Assembly (NCBI GenBank): GCA_013416795.1
Contig: RQSC01000014.1
Span: 112,302-176,301, forward strand
Direction: 5' to 3'
DNA length: 64,000 bases
Source of the DNA: Prasinococcaceae sp. CCMP 1430
Lineage: Eukaryota > Plantae > Prasinodermophyta
Shown: positions 11,661 to 22,480 of the stretch, in pieces
Numbering within the stretch: the stretch's first letter is position 1
Layout of the letters: every line of letters starts with the position of its first letter
Made by a program: the position numbers and the translations under genes
The notes under the pieces: generated by a model
The model's input: the letters and a program-made list of their open reading frames with translations, nothing else
The model's database searches: none
Told to the model about the DNA's origin: nothing

Positions 11661-14600
11661 ATGGCAGCGAGCGCCGGCATTGATGAGGCGGGGCTCGTGA
11701 CGGCGCTTGCCGCGGCGCAGTCAGCCGACGCAGCGGTGCGCGCCCCAGCCGAGGGCGCGCTGCAGGCAGCCGCAGCACAGCCGGGGTACTGCGAGGCGCT
11801 GCTGCGGGTGGTGGCCGCGCGGCGCGCGGGCGGCGATGCGGAGCGTTGGATGGCTGTGCTATGTCTGAAGAACGCCATTGGCCGTCACTGGCGCGTGCGT
11901 GCTGGGGCCAACGGTGCCGTTAGCGTCACGGCCGCCGAGAAGGCAAGCGTGCGTTCCGCGCTTCTCGCGGCCCTGGACGAGCCGTCGCCCCAGGTCGCGG
12001 TGCAACTCGCTGTCGTCGTCGCGCGCGTCGCGAGGCTCGACTTCCCACGAGAATGGCCCGGGTTCTTCCAGGCGCTCATGGGGCGTCTGCAGCAACCCAG
12101 CGCGGTGCCGGATGGCCTTCTAGTCCAGCGCGTGTATCTCACGCTGCACCACGTGCTCAAGGAGCTCGCGTCGAAGCGCCTGGCGGCCGATCAGAGAGTG
12201 TTTGCCGAGGTGGCAGCCCAGCTCTTCGAGGGCGTGTGGGCGCAGTGGTGCGCAGATACAAGTGTGGCGTTTGAGGGGGTGCCGGCCGCGCTCGACGCGG
12301 CGGCGAGGGGCTCCGCTGGCGCGGATCAGCCATTGCTGCTTGCGCTCGAGCGCTGGTTGCTCGCGCTCAAGTGCCTGCGGCGGCTCGTGCTGCATGGCTT
12401 CGGCCCCGATGCGCGCACGCTGGACGACGTCCCACTCGTCCGTAGGCTAGTGCCTGCGTGCATGGAGGCACTCGGCCGGATGCGCAGCTGGCGTGACGCG
12501 GCCTCGGCCGGCGCGGCCGTGCCGCTCGCGCCGGCGATCGAGAAGTGCGCTCTGAAGGCGCTCAAGACGGTGGTCGACCTGCAGCACACGCACCCATGGA
12601 GCTTCCTTGGCTGCCTGGGCACCACCTTCGACGCTTGTGCTGCAGAAGTGCTCGCCGCGCCTGAGGGTGGCCGGCCTCGCTTTGACCGCCTACTTATCCA
12701 CTGCATGACGCTCCTGCAGAACGTGTTGAAGAATCGGGGATATCGCAAGGCGCTCGCTGACTCCGCCGCGCCAAACGAGCTGACGCAGCGGGGCGAGCGC
12801 CTGACAGCGCTCGGCAAGGAGGTGCGCGCCGAGCTCCAGGTGCGCGTCGGCGCGGACGCAATGGCGCGCCTGTGCGTGCTGCTCGTGCGCGGCTACCTGC
12901 CGCTCACCGCCGAGGACCTGGAGGAGTGGGAGGCCGATCCCGAGGCGTTCGCGCATGAGCAGGACGTCGTGGGCTCCAAGGACCGCCTGCGACCGTGCGC
13001 GGAGTCACTTTTTGCGACAGTCCTCGAAACAGCCAGGGAAGCGTGCGCGCCAGGGGTGGTGGCGATGCTCAACGAAGCAGTTGTGGAAATGGGCGCCGCC
13101 GCTCCCGCGGCGGAGAGCACGGGCGCTGCAAGGGCGCGGGCAGCCTCGCTCGCCCTCGAGGCGGTGTACAACGCGGTGGGGCTGGGTGAGTACTCCCTGT
13201 ACGACTACGTGGACTTCAAGTCCTTGTTCCCAAACGTGCTGGTGCCGGAGCTGGCGATCGATGCTGCGTGGCGAGCGCCGGTGCGACGACGAGCAGCATG
13301 GCTAATTGGGCGATGGGTGAGCGCGCTCGACGCGCCCATGCGGCAGGTGGCGTACGGCGCGCTTACGCCGCTCCTGCGTGTGGATGACTTTGCCGTGCGG
13401 CTGGCGGCGCTTGGAGCCCTACACGCGCTGTGTGATGACTGGTCGTTCGAGGAGGAAGGCTTCGTCCCCTATCTGGCTCCTGTCCTAGACGCATGCTTTG
13501 CCCTCTGCCCCCAGTCGACTGAACTGGACACGCAAACGCGCGTCTTCGCTCTGGTGGGTGTCCTAGTGGAGCGTATGCCAAACAGCGCCGCCGCCGCCGC
13601 CGACCGCGTGGTCGCTCAGTTGCCGGGCGCGTGGGCAGCATCGGAGTCTCAGCCGTTGCTACGCATTCAGGTAGTCTCGGTGGTGCAGCGGATGGTGGCG
13701 AGCCTCGGGCTGCAGGGCGGGCCGCTGCAGGCAATGATCGCGCCGGTGGTAGCCTATTGCACAAATCCGGACGAGCGGGAGGCGCTCAGTCTGCTCGAGG
13801 ATGGTCTGCAGCTCTGGCTCGCCGTGCTGCGCAACGCGCCGACCATGTCGCCCGAGTTGATGGCCCTCTTCCCGAACATACCGCGCATCATCGCTTCGAT
13901 GGGTTTTGAGCATCTGCAGCCGTGCGCGCGGCTCCTCGAAGCCTACGTGCTTCTCGGTGGCGCTGAATTCCTGCAAACGCACGGCGGTTCCGTGGTGACC
14001 TTCCTGGGTGCAATCGTCGGCGAGGTGAAGGAGGCGGGTCTGCTCATGGTCCTGCCGTCAATGGACATGATGCTCATGCTTTTCCCCGCCGACGCACCTG
14101 CGTTACTCGAGGGCGTCCTGGCCAAGCTGGTCGCATTGCTGGCCGAGCGCACGGAGTCGATGCGCGCCGTGGCCGAGGCCTGTTGCGTGCTCGCGCGCGT
14201 GCTCTTCGCCAACGCTCGAGCATTCGAGCGCTTGCTGTCACCGACGGGGCCCGCGGCGGCGCTCCTCCGCCCGACAGTCGCCGCCTCTGTGGCATCTACA
14301 GGCGGGCTCATGCGCACTTTTGTGGGCGTCTGGCTCGAGGCGTGCGACAGCCTTCGCTCGGTGCACCAGCGGAAGCTCTGCTCGCTGGCGCTCTGCGTGC
14401 TCCTGACAAGCGCCGACCCTGCAGTCGCGGTGGCAAACCTGGAGCCTATCATCGTTGTCGCCACCGGAGCGCTGGCCGAGTTGGACGGTGGTGCGGCGAG
14501 CGGCAGTGGTGGCGTGCTCGGCCAGCAGTGGCAGCGTGGGTGCGATGGTGACGACGAGGACGAGGATGCTGGCGAGGGCGGGGCGCAGCGCCTGCGTGCG

Positions 14601-14780
14601 GCACATGCAGCCGACCAGGCGGCGCAGGCCGACTTGCGCGCTGCCCTGCGTGACGCGCTGCGTGCTGCTGAGGCGACGCACGGGGCCGCCTTCGCCCAAG
14701 CGATGGGCGGCGTGCACGCACATGTCAGGACGCAGCTTGAGCGCGCACTGCAACCGCCCGCGGGCAGCGCTGCGCAATAG
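11661..14780 (+). CDS. Importin-11/KA120-like karyopherin beta
   Basis: IBN_N domain (VRAPAEGAL...MAVLCLKNAIGRHW...EKASVR), DFPREWP motif, LEEWEADPEAF, LRPCAESLF, RRRAAWLIGRWV, HEAT-repeat character throughout. Confidence 0.88.
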   Translation: MAASAGIDEAGLVTALAAAQSADAAVRAPAEGALQAAAAQPGYCEALLRVVAARRAGGDAERWMAVLCLKNAIGRHWRVRAGANGAVSVTAAEKASVRSALLAALDEPSPQVAVQLAVVVARVARLDFPREWPGFFQALMGRLQQPSAVPDGLLVQRVYLTLHHVLKELASKRLAADQRVFAEVAAQLFEGVWAQWCADTSVAFEGVPAALDAAARGSAGADQPLLLALERWLLALKCLRRLVLHGFGPDARTLDDVPLVRRLVPACMEALGRMRSWRDAASAGAAVPLAPAIEKCALKALKTVVDLQHTHPWSFLGCLGTTFDACAAEVLAAPEGGRPRFDRLLIHCMTLLQNVLKNRGYRKALADSAAPNELTQRGERLTALGKEVRAELQVRVGADAMARLCVLLVRGYLPLTAEDLEEWEADPEAFAHEQDVVGSKDRLRPCAESLFATVLETAREACAPGVVAMLNEAVVEMGAAAPAAESTGAARARAASLALEAVYNAVGLGEYSLYDYVDFKSLFPNVLVPELAIDAAWRAPVRRRAAWLIGRWVSALDAPMRQVAYGALTPLLRVDDFAVRLAALGALHALCDDWSFEEEGFVPYLAPVLDACFALCPQSTELDTQTRVFALVGVLVERMPNSAAAAADRVVAQLPGAWAASESQPLLRIQVVSVVQRMVASLGLQGGPLQAMIAPVVAYCTNPDEREALSLLEDGLQLWLAVLRNAPTMSPELMALFPNIPRIIASMGFEHLQPCARLLEAYVLLGGAEFLQTHGGSVVTFLGAIVGEVKEAGLLMVLPSMDMMLMLFPADAPALLEGVLAKLVALLAERTESMRAVAEACCVLARVLFANARAFERLLSPTGPAAALLRPTVAASVASTGGLMRTFVGVWLEACDSLRSVHQRKLCSLALCVLLTSADPAVAVANLEPIIVVATGALAELDGGAASGSGGVLGQQWQRGCDGDDEDEDAGEGGAQRLRAAHAADQAAQADLRAALRDALRAAEATHGAAFAQAMGGVHAHVRTQLERALQPPAGSAAQ

Positions 14781-15203
14781 CATGCGCGGCAGGCGAGCCT
14801 CATGGTGGGGGCGCGCCGCGCCTCATGTCAATTGCACGTTCGATTTTTTCCGTTCCCCCAGAATGTGCGCAATGACGTCATTTTCATTCCGTGTTTTCAT
14901 GTTTGATTGAATTTTTGTTTCATTTCTGCAGTCGTTTTGCGGACCGCTCTGCGTCCGCGCGTCGTGCGCGCGTGCCAGCTGGGCGGTGCACCTCGGCGGC
15001 GCTTCCTGCGCCCGCGCAGCGCCGCAGCGGCGACGCGAGGCCCGCGGGCGCGCGCGCTCGCGCGCGCCCGCGCACGCCGAACGCCGGCCTACTCGCAGGC
15101 AAATAGAGGCGGAGAGGAGGAGGGAAGGGGCTCGGTCGGCTGAGCGGGGGCGGGGGCGGGGGCGGGCAGCGCTGGCGGCAGAGCGCGCCTCCCCGCCGGA
15201 AGC

Positions 15204-15875
15204 ATGCGGCGCGTCTTCGGCGCGAGGAAGAAGAAGGAGCCCGCGCCGTCGCTCGAGGATACGACGTCGTCGCTCAACAGCCGCGGCGAGAACATCGATG
15301 AAAAGATAAGGAAGCTTGAAGGCGAGCTTTCGCGCTTCCGCGACCAGCTGAAGCGCGTCAAGGGGCCCGCGCAGGCGGCCATCAAGCAGCGTGCGCTTCG
15401 CGTGCTCAAGCAGAAGCGCATGTACGAGCAGCAGCGTGACCAGCTGTACAACCAGAGCTTCAACCTGGAGCAGGTGGCCTTTGCGACGCAGAATATCAAG
15501 GACACGCAGGCGACTGTGGCGTCCATGAAAAGTGCCGCCAAGGAGATCAAGAAGGAGTACAAGAAGGTCGACATTAACGAGATAGAAAACCTCAACGACG
15601 AAATGGCAGACATGCTCGATCTCACCAACGAGATCCAGGAGACCCTCGGACAGACGTTCGGTGTGCCGGATGACATCGACGAGGAAGAGCTCATGGGAGA
15701 GCTCGACGCGCTGGAGGACGAGATGCTCGACGAGGAGGTCGAGGAAGGCGCTGCACCGTCGTACCTCACCGAGGAGGTAGAAGCAGACGCGCTGTCACTT
15801 CCGAGCGCACCTGACGGAGCACCCGCCGTGGCGGACGACCCGCTGGCGGCGCCGGCAAACAGAGAGGAGGCGTAA
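15204..15875 (+). CDS. VPS60: ESCRT-III subunit VPS60/CHMP5 (Snf7 family)
   Basis: MRRVFGARKKKEP...KQRALRVLKQKRMYEQQRDQLYNQSFNLEQ...DIDEEELMGELDALE. Confidence 0.95.
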   Translation: MRRVFGARKKKEPAPSLEDTTSSLNSRGENIDEKIRKLEGELSRFRDQLKRVKGPAQAAIKQRALRVLKQKRMYEQQRDQLYNQSFNLEQVAFATQNIKDTQATVASMKSAAKEIKKEYKKVDINEIENLNDEMADMLDLTNEIQETLGQTFGVPDDIDEEELMGELDALEDEMLDEEVEEGAAPSYLTEEVEADALSLPSAPDGAPAVADDPLAAPANREEA

Positions 15876-16539
15876 GGCACGCGCTTTTGTTGCTGCTGGA
15901 GACGCCACTTTCTGCGACCGCCGTGTTGGTACCATAATGACGATGAGACATAGTCCACTCGCGCTCGAACTTGGCTGCATGCTCGCGGTACCCCCCTCGC
16001 CCCTCCCTCACGTCGGTCGACTCGCCCTGCACTGGCACGTGCTGCTACGCCGCGCGCGGTGTGATCGCAGGCCATCGAGAGTCCCCGTCTTGGCGATGAG
16101 AGCTGCGTCCAGCCCTCGCAGGTGCGCAGGGGCACAAGTCGGTCAAATCGGTCGACATGTCGAAATCGAAATCACGAGACTCCGAGGGGCGCGAGACTCG
16201 AAAGCCAACTGTCACGTCGCGCAGCGCGCGGAGCGCTCGCGCACCCATCACACTGTGCACAGGTGGCGTGCGGCGAGCGCGCATGCTCTGTCGCGGTGAC
16301 GGCGGCTCTATTGGCCTTCCACCTCGGTAGGACTCCTACCTGGGCGAGGAGCGAGTGCCCACCGGGATAGCGGGGCAACCGCACCATCGCCACAACCGCG
16401 GGACTGCCGTAAACACGCGCCGCCCAGCGCACGGAGTGGTGGGTGCCCCGGCGCTGACCACGCAGCAGGAGGGCCGTGGCACGACGCCCAGCGAGCTGCG
16501 GCGCACGTTCTGTAGCCTCGCCTTCCCTGAATTGCCGCC

Positions 16540-18018
16540 ATGCCGGCGTTCACGCGCGAGTACTCAGCTGAGGTGCTCGGCATCGAGGCGGATGCCGACA
16601 CGAGCGTGGCCACCAAGGCATATCGCAAGCTCGCCATGCAGTGGCACCCTGACAAAAACAGAGACAACAACGAAGAGGCTACCGAGCGCTTCAAGGAGAT
16701 CTCAGCCGCGTACAATGCGTTCGCGAACGAGGACTTCGAGGATGAGGCTGACGGCCACGGCTTCTCGGCGTTTGACGACGACGACGTAATGGATCTCTTC
16801 TTCTCGATGTTTTTTGGGCCGGGCGGGGGCCACAGTGGAGGAGGCTACTTCTTCTATCCGGGCGGCCCAAGAGGCGGTGGGAGGGGTGCGTCTGGGAGCG
16901 ATGATTACGACGATTGCGACGATTACGACGATTCTGACTACGAGTACGAGTACGACAGTGAGGAGGACTTTGACCCCGATGAGACTGAGGATGAGCGCAT
17001 TGCGCGGCTGGCGGCAGCGCGAGAGGAGCAGCGCCGGCAGCAGAGGGAGCACCAGGAGTTCCTCGAGGCACAGCACCGGCGCTATGAGGAATATCGCAGG
17101 AGGCAGCGTGCCAGCGAGCGCAAGGAGTCGCGCGAGCGCTTCGAACGCATGGCCGCCGAGGCCGCTGAACGCGAGAAACAAAATGCCGAGGCGCGCAGGA
17201 TGATGCGTGAAGAGCTTGACAGGCAGGAAAGGGAGCGAGACGAGACTGAGGCGCAGAATCGGGAGTCCAGGGCGGCCGCGAAGAAGGCACGCAAGGACGC
17301 CATGCTGAGGAGGTACGCTGAGGGCGAAAGCGATGGTGATCACCGTAGCTCGAGCCGACACGACAAGCGCCATCAGCGGCGCGCGCATTCGCGCACCGCC
17401 CCGAAGGCGGTTGAAGCCAACCAGAGCTCGGACCTGCGAGACCGACTCACCGCGGCGGAGCGTGAGCTGCTTGAGGCCATGGAGGCAGACGGCACATTGC
17501 CCACGGCCACAGGTGGCGCGACCGAGAGTAATGAGTGTGGACACCAAGAGTCGGCTGATGAACAGCAGCAGCAGCAGCAGAAGGCTGCGGCCGTGCCCAA
17601 GCGGGTTAGTGATGAGGAGTACGAGGCCGCGCTGGCGGCGCGGCGGCGTCAATTGCACGACCAGATGGTGGCGGATGAGGCGCGCGCGATGGCCGCATCC
17701 CTGCGCGCCTCCGAAGAGGAGGCCCGCAAGCTGCAGCGCAGGCGCGAGCTGGAGGAGGCGCAGCGCAAGATGGATGCTGGGCACGCCATGAAGGCTCAGG
17801 AGGAGCGGCGGCAACAACATGCCGAGGCCGAACAGCGCAAGGGGGCAAGCGCGCCAAAGGCAGGCGCGTGTACAAAGATCTTGCTGGACGTCGACTACGC
17901 CCGTGGTACGGAGCCCTGGGCGGACTTTGCACCCGGCCTGAGCTCTGCAGAAGTGAGCGACGTGATGTACGAATTTGCCACGGCTGCGGGTCGCACTGTC
18001 AGGATGGGCGGCGCGTGA
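16540..18018 (+). CDS. DnaJ/Hsp40 J-domain protein with Gly-rich, acidic and coiled-coil regions
   Basis: VLGI......KAYRKLAMQWHPDKNR..EEATERFKEISAAY (HPD motif), followed by DLFFSMFFG and a G/F-like segment. Confidence 0.88.
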   Translation: MPAFTREYSAEVLGIEADADTSVATKAYRKLAMQWHPDKNRDNNEEATERFKEISAAYNAFANEDFEDEADGHGFSAFDDDDVMDLFFSMFFGPGGGHSGGGYFFYPGGPRGGGRGASGSDDYDDCDDYDDSDYEYEYDSEEDFDPDETEDERIARLAAAREEQRRQQREHQEFLEAQHRRYEEYRRRQRASERKESRERFERMAAEAAEREKQNAEARRMMREELDRQERERDETEAQNRESRAAAKKARKDAMLRRYAEGESDGDHRSSSRHDKRHQRRAHSRTAPKAVEANQSSDLRDRLTAAERELLEAMEADGTLPTATGGATESNECGHQESADEQQQQQQKAAAVPKRVSDEEYEAALAARRRQLHDQMVADEARAMAASLRASEEEARKLQRRRELEEAQRKMDAGHAMKAQEERRQQHAEAEQRKGASAPKAGACTKILLDVDYARGTEPWADFAPGLSSAEVSDVMYEFATAAGRTVRMGGA

Positions 18019-18181
18019 CGTGCAAGGGCACCGTCGATGCGGGTCACATCGAGGCCCAAGGGCAACTGCTAAATTGTGAGGGGAGACGTGCTCGCGCGGC
18101 GCAAACGCCATGCGCGCAACGCTGCGCGTCGAGACTCCATGCGCGGGGGGGGCGTGGAATGCGACTGCCGCCGCGTTTCCA

Positions 18182-19564
18182 TTATTGTTGCGTGCTTTCG
18201 ACGCGTTCCACCGCGCCTTGTGCCGGCCCGCCGTCGCCCAAAGGCTTGCCCTCTCGCAAGCCCGGCGCGCCCTGATCGCCGTTTGCATACTCCGAGCTGT
18301 CCGCGAGCTGCGCCCCGTTCTGTGGCCCACCTGCAAGCTCGATCTCCGCAGCTGCTGGCGGTACCAGGCTGTTGTTCTTGCGGCCGCCGTTGGCTTCCTG
18401 AATTACCCCCCCCGCCCCATCGCTGCCCATGCCGTCCGTCTCCCACTGCCCCCCACCCGCGCCGCCGTTCGTGCCGGCCTCCATGCCGTCGATGTCGCCA
18501 TCGTCGTAGGATGCCATCGAGCCCGCCCTGGTCTGCGCGCCGCCCACCTTCGTGCGGAACTTGACCTTGGACTTCGGGATAGGCTTGCACCACGCCTCGA
18601 AGCAGTTGCCCATGCAGCCCACGTTGTACGGATTGGTATCAGCGTCGTACCTATAACGGAAGTTCTCGTACGTCGTCTGGTTTGTCGCCACCAGGTACGA
18701 GTGAAAGCCGCAAAGGCCGCCCACGAAGAAGGACATGAGGAAGGCGTAGATGGTGACGGCGAGCGCCATCGCGTTGTGCACGTTCTTGAGGACGGTGCCC
18801 AGCGAGTCGTCACAATCAGGCTGAGCGGCCCCGCCATCCGGGCACCGGCGATCAACGGCCAGCACGATCTGCGCGATCGAGGTGCCCATCACGTACAGCA
18901 GCAGGGCGGTCGTCGTGTACACGAACAGCAGGAAAAAGCGGTAGTTGCGCAGGCCGATGGTGACGCCCACCCAAGGGCAGTGGTGGTCGAACTTCTCCAC
19001 GCAGTTGTTCTGCACCGAGCAGTGGTGTGCGCGCGGCGGCTGGTAGAAGTTGACGGTGTCGTTCCAGCGCAAGGTCACGGGCTTGCCGTTCACCTGCACC
19101 GTCTTCGTGCGCGGGATGATGCCGTTCTGGTAGTCTTCCGCATCCGGCTCGGTCTTCCGCGGCAGGATGCCAGGCTCGGTGAACGCCGTCACGTACAGCC
19201 AGGCTTGCGACGCAAGCACCAGCGCTAAGCCGATGCCGAAGAGCGCCCACGATGTGTGCTTCGAGAGCTCTGGCAGCACCAGCACGAGCCAGAGCACGGC
19301 GGGCACAAGCGTCAGCATGGTGCTCATGATGAGCCCCCGCCAGCTGGGGCCGGTCACGAGGTGCCCCCTGCAGCAGAAGACCTCGTTGCCCTCCCACACC
19401 TGGTACAGCCGCACGGTGGGGCGTGCGGGTGGCCTGCTCACCGCGGCGGCAGCGCCCCCGGCGCCGGTGGCACGTGGCGCTGCCGCGCGCGCGGGTGCAC
19501 CGCCGCCGTCGACCCGGGGGGGCGTAGGGAGCGGGCTCTGCCCTTGGGACCCGGACCGAACCAT
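18182..19564 (-). CDS. DHHC-type protein S-acyltransferase (ERF2/PAT-like)
   Basis: YQVWEGNEVFCCRG, FTEPGILPR, PPRAHHCSVQNNCVEKFDHHCPWVGVTIGLRNYRFF, TNQTTYENFRY, NPYNVG..GN..E. Confidence 0.95.
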   Translation of the reverse strand: MVRSGSQGQSPLPTPPRVDGGGAPARAAAPRATGAGGAAAAVSRPPARPTVRLYQVWEGNEVFCCRGHLVTGPSWRGLIMSTMLTLVPAVLWLVLVLPELSKHTSWALFGIGLALVLASQAWLYVTAFTEPGILPRKTEPDAEDYQNGIIPRTKTVQVNGKPVTLRWNDTVNFYQPPRAHHCSVQNNCVEKFDHHCPWVGVTIGLRNYRFFLLFVYTTTALLLYVMGTSIAQIVLAVDRRCPDGGAAQPDCDDSLGTVLKNVHNAMALAVTIYAFLMSFFVGGLCGFHSYLVATNQTTYENFRYRYDADTNPYNVGCMGNCFEAWCKPIPKSKVKFRTKVGGAQTRAGSMASYDDGDIDGMEAGTNGGAGGGQWETDGMGSDGAGGVIQEANGGRKNNSLVPPAAAEIELAGGPQNGAQLADSSEYANGDQGAPGLREGKPLGDGGPAQGAVERVESTQQ

Positions 19565-20220
19565 GTCCGCCTCCTGGAACACGAATCGCTCGCCAACCGG
19601 CGGGCCGCTGCACGCGCAGAGCGCCGAGGCCGCCTCGGCGTCGGCCTGCTCGTCGGCCTCCGCCCACGCTCGCGCGGGCACGGGGAAGGCGCCTGAGCTC
19701 AGGGCCCCTATCGTGCCGCGCTAGAGGGCGGCGCGAGCCCGCGCACCGCGCACACTTCAAACACCTGCGCCCTGGCGCGGAGGGGTTGCGGCGCAACGCC
19801 GCGCCGTCGGGCGCCGCGCCACGCGGCGGGCCGGCAAGCAGGACCGGGCGGGTGCCACCGCCCCTTCTCCCTCGGCACCGCCCCCCACCCCACCCTACCC
19901 CCACAACCCCAGCTGCCCCGCCGCGCACGCACTGGCACCCACTCGGTCCCTCTCCCTTGCCCTACGCGCTGCTGCCGGCAACACCCCGGCGCGCGCGCGA
20001 ACCGACCCCGGCCGGCCCAATCGATTCGCTTCCCTGACCCGGGTCGTCCTCACGAACATCCCGGGTCTGACCACTCACAGACCGCGGTGAGGCGCAAGCA
20101 AGCTCCTATCGGCTACCAGCTGTCCTCCGTCCGCTGACTGATCGTCTCGCGCGCGGGCGGCTGCTCCGCGGCTCCATCCCAGAGTTTGATCCGCACGCGC
20201 GGCGCGCGCGCGCGCGTGCG

Positions 20221-21336
20221 GTGTACGGAGTGACGCGTACTCAAACGACCGGCAGTGACTCTGCGCCGCAGAGGGAATGGGGGCGCGAATCAAATCGAAA
20301 TTCCCTCTCGCGCGCGCTCGCGCCACGGGAGCGCGCGTTCGGATTCTTCTCCTTCCCCGCTGTGCGTGCCGCGTTTTCGCGCCGAGTTCCGAACGTGCGC
20401 CGAGGTCACCGCACAAGAAAAAAGGCGGTACAAAGCGCGAGAGCGCTCCGCGATTCTCGCGCGATTCCCGCCGCGACGGCGGGGGGGCTGACGTGGCGTG
20501 CGCGAAGGGACCGAGGGGGAGGGGGCGCGCGGGGGGAGGGGGGGGGAGGGGCCGGGGAAGGAGGAGCGCGGTGGCAGAGGGAGTGCGCGCGACGTCGGGC
20601 GCGCGCACAGGCGTTTCACCCCCCTCCCACCTGGGCGCGGGGAGTGAGAAAGGAGGGAGGGAAGGGACGGGAGAGGCGCCAGCGCGCGGTGGCGCTCTCG
20701 CACGCGGCGCGCGAGCGCCTCCGCGCCGAACGCGCCGCGGCCGGCGCCGACTCCGTGTGGCGCGCGCTCGCCGAGCGCCGGTGGGCGGGCAAACAACAGA
20801 GCCTCGCAAGCGAGCGAGCGCGCCGGCCGGGCGAGAGCTGGCGGCAGGCGTACCTGCGCGAGGAGCGCGAGGCGCACCGCAGGAGCATCACGGTGGAGGA
20901 GCTGTGCGCGCGCCGGTGGGCATTTCGATTCAGGTGCGACCACGAGAAGCTGTGGTCCGAGCCGGACGCCGGCGGAGCTGCGCATGAGCTTGGCGTCGAA
21001 CCAGCAGCGCGTGCGGGCCCGACGTGCGACTTCTCGCCAGAGGGGCACTTCAAGAGCACTGTGCGCGGCGCGCCGTCGCAGCGGCGCCCCCTGGCCTGGC
21101 AGCTGGTGCCCGCGCCGCCTCCCTCGGGCGCAGGCTGGGAACGAGGCGCCGGCGCCGGCGCCGCCGGCATGGCCGAGGACACGGGCGCCGGCGCGGACGG
21201 CGCGAGCGCTGTGCGCGTCGGGGGATACCCGCCCCTGAAGGTCGAGCGCTCCCTCGACTGGGGATGGCGGCTGGAGAACTCGTTCGTCATCATCGAGTCC
21301 CTCGGGGCTTCCACTGCCGCCGCGGCCGCTTGCTGA
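20221..21336 (+). CDS. Putative F-box-associated/hypothetical protein (5' exon structure unresolved)
   Basis: ADSVWRALAERRW...SWRQAY resembles the segment just after an F-box motif; ordered C-terminal domain ending VRVGGYPPLKVERSLDWGWRLENSFVIIES. Confidence 0.4.
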   Translation: MYGVTRTQTTGSDSAPQREWGRESNRNSLSRALAPRERAFGFFSFPAVRAAFSRRVPNVRRGHRTRKKAVQSARALRDSRAIPAATAGGLTWRARRDRGGGGARGEGGGGAGEGGARWQRECARRRARAQAFHPPPTWARGVRKEGGKGRERRQRAVALSHAARERLRAERAAAGADSVWRALAERRWAGKQQSLASERARRPGESWRQAYLREEREAHRRSITVEELCARRWAFRFRCDHEKLWSEPDAGGAAHELGVEPAARAGPTCDFSPEGHFKSTVRGAPSQRRPLAWQLVPAPPPSGAGWERGAGAGAAGMAEDTGAGADGASAVRVGGYPPLKVERSLDWGWRLENSFVIIESLGASTAAAAAC

Positions 21337-21536
21337 GCGCACGGCTAGGTGCCAGCTCGCGCCTGCCTAGCCGCCACACATGTATGTACGCTGTCGTTGT
21401 TTTTGTGCCGCGCGCCCCCGCGTCCCGAGCGCGCTCCCGCCCGCAGGCGCGCCGCCGCGACAGCCCCCCCCTTTCCCTCCGCCGTCGCGCCGACCGACCG
21501 GGCGCCTCGGCGCGACGGGCGGGGAGGGCGCGCGCG

Positions 21537-22135
21537 NNNNNNNNNNNNNNNNNNNNNNNNNNNNNNNNNNNNNNNNNNNNNNNNNNNNNNNNNNNNNNNN
21601 NNNNNNNNNNNNNNNNNNNNNNNNNNNNNNNNNNNNNNNNNNNNNNNNNNNNNNNNNNNNNNNNNNNNNNNNNNNNNNNNNNNNNNNNNNNNNNNNNNNN
21701 NNNNNNNNNNNNNNNNNNNNNNNNNNNNNNNNNNNNNNNNNNNNNNNNNNNNNNNNNNNNNNNNNNNNNNNNNNNNNNNNNNNNNNNNNNNNNNNNNNNN
21801 NNNNNNNNNNNNNNNNNNNNNNNNNNNNNNNNNNNNNNNNNNNNNNNNNNNNNNNNNNNNNNNNNNNNNNNNNNNNNNNNNNNNNNNNNNNNNNNNNNNN
21901 NNNNNNNNNNNNNNNNNNNNNNNNNNNNNNNNNNNNNNNNNNNNNNNNNNNNNNNNNNNNNNNNNNNNNNNNNNNNNNNNNNNNNNNNNNNNNNNNNNNN
22001 NNNNNNNNNNNNNNNNNNNNNNNNNNNNNNNNNNNNNNNNNNNNNNNNNNNNNNNNNNNNNNNNNNNNNNNNNNNNNNNNNNNNNNNNNNNNNNNNNNNN
22101 NNNNNNNNNNNNNNNNNNNNNNNNNNNNNNNNNNN
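21537..22135. other. Assembly gap (N run) followed by a poly-C tract
   Basis: Contiguous Ns in the sequence. Confidence 0.99.
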
Positions 22136-22166
<31 letters not shown>

Positions 22167-22480
22167 CTTTGGGGCAGCGGGCGCGCGCCGCGCGCCGTGT
22201 GGTGACACCACCGAAAACTGCACTTCCGCGAGAGCTCGAACTCGCTCGCGGCGCCCAACCCCAACCAAACGCAAGCAAACGCAAGCAAACGCACGCCGGC
22301 GTCGCCTCGCGGAGGAAGGCGCACTCCTCGAACGTTTTTGGGTGTTTACAGTAGGGTTTATGAGAGACGCTGCGCTCCAAGTGCGTTGCGAGGAGCGCCG
22401 GCGGGTGGGGTGCGAGCCGCCGGGGCGGCCACATCGCGCGCCAGTAGCGCCGCACCCGTCCCCTCCCGTCGCTGGAGACG

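Noticed and set aside
17900-18018. R3H-like motif at the DnaJ C-terminus (FAPGLSSAEVSDVMYEFA)
   Set aside because: Lacks the defining Arg and His residues.
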